Source of the DNA: Microcystis aeruginosa NIES-843
GTDB lineage: Bacteria; Cyanobacteriota; Cyanobacteriia; Cyanobacteriales; Microcystaceae
Direction: 5' to 3'
NCBI RefSeq assembly: GCF_000010625.1
Contig: NC_010296.1
Location: 5,040,001 to 5,072,000, forward strand
Length of the DNA: 32,000 nucleotides
A program made the translations under genes and the position numbers. This document shows, in pieces, positions 7,749 to 15,067 of this stretch. Numbering within the stretch: the stretch's first letter is position 1; each line of letters starts with the position of its first letter. The notes beneath the pieces were generated by a model. That model did not search any database, was not told the origin of the DNA, and saw only the letters and a list, made by a program, of their open reading frames with translations.

Positions 7749-9881
7749 ATGTTCACTATTTCTAAGCAATCCATGTCATTCCCGCGTAGAAAGTTATCTC
7801 GTCAGCTTGCTCTGGGTCTAAGCCTCAGTATGATTGTAAGCTTTGGGGGGGAAGTATCTGCTCAAACCGCAGATATTAATATTAGAGTTAGTGAGCCTCA
7901 AGGAGGAGGGGCGAAATGTGAAGATCTTGACTATACGCAACAAAAATCATTCAAGCAAGCATCTCAATCCGTGAAACTCTACTATATCCGTTCCGCATCT
8001 GATCTTAAAGGGATACTAGCTCAGATTGCATCTAAAAATCCTTGCATAAAAGGTACGGTCATTGAAGCTCAAGGTGATAACACTATTGTTTTATATGGCA
8101 ACGAGGAACAGAGAAAAGCATTGCAACGAGTCATTACAATTTTAGATCTGCCCCGTGAGAGTGTCAATCTGGAAATGTGGGGAATACTCATATCCAGCAG
8201 CAACCCTGGTAAACTGGCTGAAGTCATGCGCCAAGTCAACAAAGAAATTGATACGACTCAACAATTACTGCAATATACTTATCAAAAGTTTGAAGAGTTT
8301 GCAAAAGATGTCGATATCGATATCGATGCGGATGATGACAATTCTAAAATGAGCTATAGCTCATTATTGCAACAAACTCTTGGATATCGGACAGCATTAG
8401 ATAAAGATCGTTCCCTATCTATGATGGATATCTTACTACGCATCAACGCGGCGAAAGATCCCTATTGTAATAATAAGGCTGCCGCCAAAAAACTTGATAT
8501 ACTTTTTCAAGAAGAGCGTTATAAACCCTATATAGAAGCTTTAAAAAAAGAACAGAAAATACCATTTGGAAACTACATACAATTGGGTTTACTACAAGAA
8601 AAAAGTTCAAACTTAAATCAAAATTGTGAAATTAAAAGTAAAGATCGAGAAAAAGTATTGCTCAAAAACTTGAATAGACGAAGAGCCGTGCTGGATTTTG
8701 CCCTACAGTACTCTAATCTAATGAACAATCCGGCGGGTTTTGATCCCGAAGCTTTGCAACAATCTGCCGAAACCCTGAACTCAGTTTTGCAGCCGATTGT
8801 TCATGCTATCAACCGTGACGTAGAAGAGTTATTCATTGAACCCACCTTAGCAAGAATCCAAAGCATCGTGAGGGATTATAAGAAGGTGTCCTATGCAGAA
8901 GTTGGTAAAACCAGCGTACAGGGTTTAAATGGAATTAAATCGACAGTCACCTCAACAACAGTCAGTGCCTTTGATGAGACTGGCCCTCTAAGGTTGGATG
9001 AATTGTTCAAAACAGCTAGTGAGATCAATAATTTTTCTAAAGAGTTAATCCCTGCTCCTGCTGGAGCCAATACCGTCCCTAGTGCACCAGTGTTAAGTCT
9101 GATTGCTGCCCTCAGCAAAGATACATCGGCATGGCGAGCAATAACATCAGGTGTTTCAATGGAAATTACTCCGTCAGTGTTACGCAACAGTGCATCTGCC
9201 GAACTAGATATTAATTTTACTACTGGACCGACAAAAGATAAAGAGCCTGTGCCAGATCAGTTCACTGGAACGACAAGACTGCGCCCCCTATCCCGCATTA
9301 AGCAGAATACAGTATCGACGAGGGTTTATGTTAATACTCTAGATATTTTTGCCCTTTCCACCTTCAACAGTCAAACCACCGAAGATGGAGGACGCACCTA
9401 TATCCCTGTTATCGGGACAATCTGGCAGGGAGTATTTAGCGGTGTCCCAATCATTGGTCAACTGTTCAGTTGGAAAAACTCTCCTCAAAGTGTCCAGCAC
9501 CAAAGCATCGTACTGACAAATTCTTTTATTGTCCCTACGGCGATGGGATTAGCTACTTTGTATCAACAACAACATCAACAACAACATCAACCGTCGTCAC
9601 TGTCGTCGCCGCCGCCGAAGCCGCCAAGAATGAAGGATGAGGAATATGAGGAATATAAGCAATCTTATGAGCAATATAAAGCTAAATTACTTTACTATGA
9701 TCACTGTTACGCAGTTGAACAGTATATAATTAACCGTGAGGGTGAAATTGAGGAAGAAGAATCTTCTGGAGAACAAAAACAAAATTATAATTTTAATCAA
9801 CCTCTCTCATTCTCATCATTAGATAAAAAAATCAAAGATGTCTGCGGAAAGCCACCACAACCACCAGACTTTTATCGTTAA
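7749..9881 (+). CDS. Divergent stand-alone secretin-like outer-membrane protein
   Basis: Signal peptide (LALGLSLSMIVSFGGEVSA/QT). Secretin_N-like module (VKLYYIRSASDLKGILAQI...GTVIEAQGDNTIVLYGNEEQRKALQRVITILDLPRESVNLEMWGILISS). Secretin C-domain-like end (SGVSMEITPSVL...STRVYVNTLDIFALS...IPVIGTIWQGVFSGVPIIGQLFSWKN...SIVLTNSFIVPT). The middle ~280 aa and the Q/H/P/E/Y-rich tail are not canonical. AGGAG lies 8 nt upstream of the ATG. Confidence 0.65.
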   Translation: MFTISKQSMSFPRRKLSRQLALGLSLSMIVSFGGEVSAQTADINIRVSEPQGGGAKCEDLDYTQQKSFKQASQSVKLYYIRSASDLKGILAQIASKNPCIKGTVIEAQGDNTIVLYGNEEQRKALQRVITILDLPRESVNLEMWGILISSSNPGKLAEVMRQVNKEIDTTQQLLQYTYQKFEEFAKDVDIDIDADDDNSKMSYSSLLQQTLGYRTALDKDRSLSMMDILLRINAAKDPYCNNKAAAKKLDILFQEERYKPYIEALKKEQKIPFGNYIQLGLLQEKSSNLNQNCEIKSKDREKVLLKNLNRRRAVLDFALQYSNLMNNPAGFDPEALQQSAETLNSVLQPIVHAINRDVEELFIEPTLARIQSIVRDYKKVSYAEVGKTSVQGLNGIKSTVTSTTVSAFDETGPLRLDELFKTASEINNFSKELIPAPAGANTVPSAPVLSLIAALSKDTSAWRAITSGVSMEITPSVLRNSASAELDINFTTGPTKDKEPVPDQFTGTTRLRPLSRIKQNTVSTRVYVNTLDIFALSTFNSQTTEDGGRTYIPVIGTIWQGVFSGVPIIGQLFSWKNSPQSVQHQSIVLTNSFIVPTAMGLATLYQQQHQQQHQPSSLSSPPPKPPRMKDEEYEEYKQSYEQYKAKLLYYDHCYAVEQYIINREGEIEEEESSGEQKQNYNFNQPLSFSSLDKKIKDVCGKPPQPPDFYR

Positions 9882-9959
9882 TGATAATGAGAATTTTCAG
9901 GAATAATGGTGCAGACTACATAACAGCAGTTTCACTCTGTCAATCATCTCTATCGCCTG

Positions 9960-10085
9960 GTTAAGTAGGGAGGCACAATTATTTGTAGGATGGGTTAGCG
10001 GTAGCGTAAACTATACGGGCGTTGGGTTTCATGCTTCAACCCAACCTACGTTCATCTTATATTTAATTCCACCCACCTACTTAAC
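9960..10085. repeat. Nested palindromic MITE-like element between the secretin-like and patatin genes
   Basis: Outer arms are GTTAAGTAGG (9960-9969) and CCTACTTAAC (10076-10085). Inside are the hairpin units GTAGGATGGGTTAGCGGTAGCGTAAAC and GTTGGGTTTCATGCTTCAACCCAACCTAC, which are common cyanobacterial dispersed repeats. Confidence 0.6.
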
Positions 10086-10107
10086 ACTTTGAAAATAGGA
10101 CAAAATC

Positions 10108-12279
10108 ATGAACACTACGAATTCAAAACAGAAACTAAACTACATTCCACAGATCATCATCGGCATCGGCATAATTGCGATCGCTGTAGTGGTTTGGTGG
10201 CACATTCCTGATTCTTTCTGGAAATATCTTTTTTTCTTGCGTGCACCTATTCTCTGGGGTTTACTGCTGGTGACACTCCCTCTAATAGCTACCTTATGGC
10301 TGCCAGCCATGCTGAGAAATTTATTTGTTCTTCGTGGTCCGTGGCAACTTATCTCTGTAATTGTCAGTGCAAACATGGCGGCAATAGGGGTCATTATTAA
10401 TGCCTATATGCTTCTCAAAGGTGCGCCAGATCGTTTTGGACTATCACCGTGGCTCGAAATTTCTGACATCTGGCAATATGGGTTGGCGATCGCTTTGAGT
10501 TTACCGATCTGCGTCACCTCTTATAAGCTTTCAAAAGAGGAAATTAAAGAAAAGAATCCCATCCAAGGAGTGATTTTCAGCGTGTTATTGAGTTTGGTGC
10601 TGTTGTTTGCAGTGATTCAGACGAAAACCTGGATATTTACTAACTTTGCTAACAATAAGTTACTCATTAGTTTCGTTGAATTCATTACCAGACATAAAAC
10701 TGAAGGCTATATTATAGGAACACAGCCAAAACCACAGCAATTCCTTGAAGGTCATCTGAGTAACATCGCTTTTTTTATAGTTGCCTTCATCGTCTATGGC
10801 ATCATTGGTTGGAAATTTCAGCCACAATCTCAACCATCCGACAAGAAAAAAGAAGCGGCTGCCCTAATGTATGTGATGCTAATCATCATGATGATAGCAC
10901 CCTTGTCTGGAAGCCTAACCTTCTATTTCGATTACTATCGCGTTCCTGTCTTTCTGCTCTTTGTGGTTATTGTTGCTTTGATGTATGCGCTGTTTAAGGT
11001 GGATCACTTTTTTGAATTAAACTTAAATGAGGCAAACAAATACGATCCCAAGGATTTCAAAAAGGCAATAGAAAAACGACTCGAGTATCAAGAAGAAGAA
11101 AAGGAAAAGACCTTAGTAGTTGTCTGTGCGAGTGGGGGCGGCATTCAAGCCGCAGGCTGGATAGTTCAAGTCCTGACGGGATTACAAGATATGCTAGGTA
11201 ATTCGTTTACCAAGTCAATTGGTTTTATTAGCTCTGTTTCAGGTGGTTCAGTTGGAACGATGTATTATCTCGATCGCTTTGCCGATAAAGGATATCCTGA
11301 GTCTAAGGAGTTTGAAAATATCTTTAAGAGTGCTACTGAAGATAGTTTGGATGCGGTAGGTTGGGGATTAGCTTATCCTGATTTATGGCGCATTATTGGG
11401 CTTCCTTTTTTCGCTCCTAAAATGTGCGATCGGGGAAAAGTAATAGAGACAGATTGGCAAGGAGAGTTAAAAAATCCCAATAGCAAACAATTTTTATCTA
11501 CTTGGAGCGAACAAATTTTAAATGGTAAAATTCCCATCCCTATTTTCAATGCGACTCTGGTTGAAGATGGTCGTCGATTTCTAATTTCACCGATGACTTT
11601 TTGTAAACCTAGTAGCAACAAATCAGTGGATTTTAACACCCTTTATGCGGGATATGACATTGATGTTGTCACAGCCGCAAGGCTCTCAGCAACTTTTTCT
11701 TATATATCGCCTATTTCTCGCTATGTTGGTGAAAATAAAAACCAGAAGGGGAAAGGGAAGGGGAATTATCATATTGCCGATGGTGGCTATTTCGATAATT
11801 CTGGTATGGTAACAATGGTGGAATGGCTCAATGAATGGCTAGACCCCCAGAAAGGACTTAACATTAAACGAGTTCTTTTGTTACAAATTAATGCTTTTCC
11901 TAAGACTGAACCCTCCAAAAATGAGAGTGGCGGTGGAGGTTGGTGGCAGGCGATAATAGGTCCTTTACTGACCTTATTCAGCGTCCGTGATACTACCCAG
12001 TTGTCTCGAGTTTCTACTGAAGTAGAACTTCTTCAACAGCGATGGAAAAATCAAGTAAAGATCGCATATTGTCCTATCTTTTTTCCAAAGAATGGTAAAA
12101 ATAGTGAAAATAAACCACCTCTGTCTTGGCAACTAACGGAAAAGCAAAAACAAAATATTAAAAACGGATGGTGCGGAATTAAGAAGGAAATTGGGGAGCA
12201 AATTGGGGAGCAAATTGGGGAGGAGTGGAAAAAATGGGGATTTGAAGACCCATCTCAAAAATCGACCAATGAGAAATAG
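10108..12279 (+). CDS. Patatin-like phospholipase fused to an N-terminal ~8-TM membrane domain
   Basis: About eight hydrophobic segments lie in aa 15-300. The patatin hallmarks follow: oxyanion-hole CASGGGIQAAG, nucleophile GxSxG in VSGGSVG, and catalytic Asp in IADGGYFDNSG. Confidence 0.8.
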   Translation: MNTTNSKQKLNYIPQIIIGIGIIAIAVVVWWHIPDSFWKYLFFLRAPILWGLLLVTLPLIATLWLPAMLRNLFVLRGPWQLISVIVSANMAAIGVIINAYMLLKGAPDRFGLSPWLEISDIWQYGLAIALSLPICVTSYKLSKEEIKEKNPIQGVIFSVLLSLVLLFAVIQTKTWIFTNFANNKLLISFVEFITRHKTEGYIIGTQPKPQQFLEGHLSNIAFFIVAFIVYGIIGWKFQPQSQPSDKKKEAAALMYVMLIIMMIAPLSGSLTFYFDYYRVPVFLLFVVIVALMYALFKVDHFFELNLNEANKYDPKDFKKAIEKRLEYQEEEKEKTLVVVCASGGGIQAAGWIVQVLTGLQDMLGNSFTKSIGFISSVSGGSVGTMYYLDRFADKGYPESKEFENIFKSATEDSLDAVGWGLAYPDLWRIIGLPFFAPKMCDRGKVIETDWQGELKNPNSKQFLSTWSEQILNGKIPIPIFNATLVEDGRRFLISPMTFCKPSSNKSVDFNTLYAGYDIDVVTAARLSATFSYISPISRYVGENKNQKGKGKGNYHIADGGYFDNSGMVTMVEWLNEWLDPQKGLNIKRVLLLQINAFPKTEPSKNESGGGGWWQAIIGPLLTLFSVRDTTQLSRVSTEVELLQQRWKNQVKIAYCPIFFPKNGKNSENKPPLSWQLTEKQKQNIKNGWCGIKKEIGEQIGEQIGEEWKKWGFEDPSQKSTNEK
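12190..12225 (+). repeat. 12-bp in-frame tandem repeat (ATTGGGGAGCAA x2 plus a diverged third unit) in the patatin gene 3' end
   Basis: Read directly from the sequence; it encodes IGEQIGEQIGEE. Confidence 0.9.
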
Positions 12280-12427
12280 CCAGCTTCCTACGGTTGCGCT
12301 TCATCCCCAATAATTTAATGTGCGATCGCTTTTTTTTGACCTTCAACTGATCCGCGATCACTTTTTGAGGTTTTTATAACTGCGATCGCTCATCAACCGG
12401 GCAAATAACCAAGTCACTATCAATGCT

Positions 12428-12682
12428 GTGGATACCGGGAGCGGAGCGCTGGCGAAGCCAGATCGCTTCGGGCGTACCGTGGCCGAGGTGTACGCAGGGG
12501 GTCAGCTAGTTCAACTTCAGCAGGTGAAGGACGGGATGGTTTGGGCTTATGATCGATTCAAGGCTGACTGTCCAAGCTGGAATGAAATCGAGAGGGCTTT
12601 TAAGGAAACTCCCTCGAATCGCAAGGGAATTTTCGGGGGAAACCCGATGCCACCCTGGGAATGGCGACGACGGAATCGGTAG
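12428..12682 (+). pseudogene. Thermonuclease (staphylococcal nuclease-like) C-terminal fragment
   Basis: DRFGRTVAEVYAGGQLVQLQQVKDGMVWAY...PWEWRRRN matches the C-terminal third of SNase-family proteins. The N-terminal catalytic part is missing and only a GTG start is available. Confidence 0.6.
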
Positions 12683-12710
12683 TTTATAGAGAAATTCCGA
12701 GAGGTAAACT

Positions 12711-13124
12711 ATGAACAGAGACATCATTACTGGAATGGACGGCGAGATTTATGCCAGACGCGATCTGAGTCGGGAGTGGGGCGGGGCGATCGATCTGGGA
12801 ACCGCGAGAACGGGAAAAAGTTTCGGCGTTGACGGACACTTAGGGGAAACTAATTGCCTCGGCGTTTGGGATAGTGTGGACAGACTCAGATTCAGGACTT
12901 CGCGTAACCTTCGTCTGGAACTCGCCACCGACCCCAAGGTGATCACCGAGTTGGTCCGATTCGATAGTAAGGGTGTCGCCACCGTCGTCGGTTCGGTTGA
13001 ATACGGCGCTCGATTATCCTTGAATTTAACACCGGGTCGCTACGGCCTCAGTTTCTTTGTCGAGGGAGATTTGATCTCTTATCAGGTTAATGCCAGTTTT
13101 AGCCAGGGAACAAACGATTTCTAA
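12711..13124 (+). CDS. Hypothetical protein (137 aa), beta-rich; weak resemblance to pre-peptidase C-terminal (PPC)-type domains
   Basis: ATG with GAGAGG upstream. It lies in a locally GC-richer patch. The DSVDRLRF...LRLEL...GRYGLSFFV pattern is only suggestive. Confidence 0.4.
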   Translation: MNRDIITGMDGEIYARRDLSREWGGAIDLGTARTGKSFGVDGHLGETNCLGVWDSVDRLRFRTSRNLRLELATDPKVITELVRFDSKGVATVVGSVEYGARLSLNLTPGRYGLSFFVEGDLISYQVNASFSQGTNDF

Positions 13125-13132
13125 AATCTTAA

Positions 13133-13248
13133 CCATTGAAGCTGTTCTAAGCTAAACGGCGCTTAACCTGCATGATCCAACAGCTATAACCCTTTTGGAG
13201 TCTATATCGGTGATCCAAAGTAAAAGCCGTTTAGCTTAGCTTCAATGG
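13133..13248. repeat. Long hairpin / MITE-like inverted repeat
   Basis: CCATTGAAGCTGTTCTAAGCTAAACGGC (13133-13160) pairs with GCCGTTTAGCTTAGCTTCAATGG (13226-13248), separated by a ~65-nt spacer. Confidence 0.75.
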
Positions 13249-13270
13249 CCATAACCCAAGAAATAATAAG

Positions 13271-13333
13271 TTGATAGCTGAATGCTGATCGCTGATGACT
13301 GATCGCTAACGACTGATGACTGATGACTGATTA
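13271..13333. repeat. Heptanucleotide microsatellite, about 9 units of CTGATNN
   Basis: TTGATAG CTGAATG CTGATCG CTGATGA CTGATCG CTAACGA CTGATGA CTGATGA CTGATTA. This is the reverse-complement family of the repeat at 18273-18321. Confidence 0.85.
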
Positions 13334-13599
13334 CTAGAACTCTTGCAAATTAATTATATGTTATAATGGTGGGTTAACTAATTTTCCCAAAAAAATAGTT
13401 AATTAGCGCATTTGTTCTGAATGAAAACCTGAAGTTTAACTTTTAACCCAAAACTCTTTAGATATGCTTTAATTTGGTTGTCAAAACCTCTTTATTTAAG
13501 CAGCACAAACTATCTCAATTATAAAAATTGAGAATAAATTCTCCTTGACTTGATTAATGTTTGGCAACTTTTAATAAGTTGCTATACCTATCCCTAATA

Positions 13600-14635
13600 C
13601 TAAATCCGTTGAGTATAGGCTAGTTATGAGGAGAGGCAAAAGGCAAGAGGCAAAAGGCAAAGGGGAAAATAAATAATCAGTTTTTCATAACCAGATTTAG
13701 TATAACTCATAGTTATAAACAGCCGCCAACAGGTTAATTCTTAAACTATATCTTCGACGACGATTCCGATATTTACAGGATAAGATTTTCAAGATTTTGA
13801 GTTTCCTATTTATAGGTTCAATGATAATCCTTTCTTTGGCTAAAGCCTTGTTATAAACCTTCTCTAACTCTGTTAATTTTCTATTTTTCGGTTTCTTTTT
13901 CGGTGTATAACTATTACTATGGTATGCAGCTATTCCCTAATAACCACTGTCTTCTCTGCTAGTAGTTAAAGGATGAAAACGAATTCGACTTTTTTTAAAT
14001 AAACTAAAATCATGACCTCTACCTTTCCCACAAAAGACACAGATAATTTCCCCGGTATTTTTATCAGCTACTAATTGGGATTTTCAAGTATGATAACCTC
14101 TTTTACCCCCAAAAAAATCTTTCTGTTTCTTTTGGGGGCGTTCCATGGGAGTTTCCGTTACATCCATTACCGTTACGACCGGTATCTCTGCTTGATTTAG
14201 TAGAGATTTTTTTCCTTTTAAACGGAAGTTTCCCGATTGTAAAAGCATTTTTTCCGTCTTATTTACAATCCGACCTATAGTTGATTCTGATATTTGACCG
14301 CTTGTACCAATGTGAAAAGATGTTCTATATTCTCGCCAATATTCTAACGTTACTAAAACTTGTTCTTCTATAGATAGTTTAGGTTTCGGTCCCCTTTTAG
14401 ATGCTGAATTAGATTCGGCTTCAACACTTTTTACTGATTCTACCATCTTTCTGTATGTTTGTTTATACACACCGAAACGGCGTTTGAATTGTTCATCTGA
14501 TAAGTTTTGATAATCCATATTTTTGCTAATAAACATAGCAAAAGTATAGATGATACTAAATCCCGTTATTAAAGACTGATTATCTATTCCTCCTTTTGCC
14601 TATCCTGATATGTAGCCTATACTCAACGGATTTAG
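13600..14635 (-). mobile_element. IS5-family (DDE_Tnp_4 / Harbinger-like) insertion sequence, 1036 bp, with long structured TIRs; inactivated
   Basis: The outer 23-bp ends CTAAATCCGTTGAGTATAGGCTA (13600-13622) and TAGCCTATACTCAACGGATTTAG (14613-14635) are perfect inverted repeats. Similarity continues inward through GGCAAAAGG tracts to ATACTAAATC(T/C)(G/C)G (13650-13705 vs 14553-14600). The element encloses the transposase pseudogene. Confidence 0.8.
13697..14536 (-). pseudogene. IS5-family transposase with two in-frame premature stops
   Basis: The track ORF 14084-14536 (…RGPKPKLSIEEQVLVTLEYWREYRTSFHIG…GGKRGYHT*) continues in the same frame after TGA at 14086-14084 as KSQLVADKNTGEIICVFCGKGRGHDFSLF…EDSGY*GIAAYH…NKALAKERIIIEPINRKLKILKILSCKYRNRRRRYSLRINLLAAVYNYELY*. 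The total is about 279 codons, ending at TAA 13699-13697. Confidence 0.8.
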
Positions 14636-15067
14636 GATGATTTCCTGACCTAAGATCACATTTTATTCTTTTTTCCACTTCCATCTAAAAATTGAGAAAA
14701 AAGCCAAACCCTCCATTATACAATAAAAAAATTATGCAAGAGGTCTAGTGAAGTCGCTGGTTTCGCTCTAATCTTTACGGGGCAAGTCTTTCAACCGATT
14801 TTACTCCTTCACTCCCGAAAAATTGAGCGAACGATGAGTCCTGACTCGGAGAATACTGACTCGGAGAATACTGACAGCTTTCTTTTGCCTTTGGCCTTTT
14901 TACCTAAAATGTCGGATGAATGCCCCCGCTACATTTTTCGACAAGACATCAACCTTTGCGGGGGATGAAATCCGACCAGGATATTAACTGCGAAGCACGA
15001 TTTTAATACTACCATCTATGGGTAAACTGTGTTATAATTAAACTATCCAATGGTCGAGGATTAATCA

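Larger units (their letters stand above)
13340..14742. mobile_element. Possible ~370-bp MITE-like shell with imperfect 36-bp terminal inverted repeats, interrupted by the IS5-type element
   Basis: CTCTTGCAAATTAATTATATGTTATAATGGTGGGTT (13340-13375) compares with the reverse complement of 14707-14742, CTCTTGCATAATTTTTTTATTGTATAATGGAGGGTT. Blocks of 8, 8 and 5 nt are identical and in the same order. No target-site duplication was identified. Confidence 0.3.

Noticed and set aside
8155-9187. ORFs 8155-8352 (+) and 8891-9187 (-) inside the secretin-like gene
   Set aside because: They are embedded in a 710-aa ORF that has a signal peptide and secretin motifs, and they have no independent support.
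7749-9881. Secretin-like gene as part of a type II secretion or type IV pilus operon (PilQ/GspD)
   Set aside because: There are no pilMNOP/gspC-M, ATPase or pilin genes adjacent. The domain layout (single N module, unusual middle and tail) does not fit PilQ or GspD.
12179-12982. Minus-strand ORFs 12179-12361, 12506-12727 and 12749-12982
   Set aside because: They are antisense to better-supported plus-strand ORFs or repeats, short, and lack motifs.
14841-14875. 15-bp tandem duplication CTGACTCGGAGAATA x2.3 upstream of tnpB
   Set aside because: It is real but tiny. It lies in the poorly defined left flank of the TnpB element and I cannot attach a function to it.
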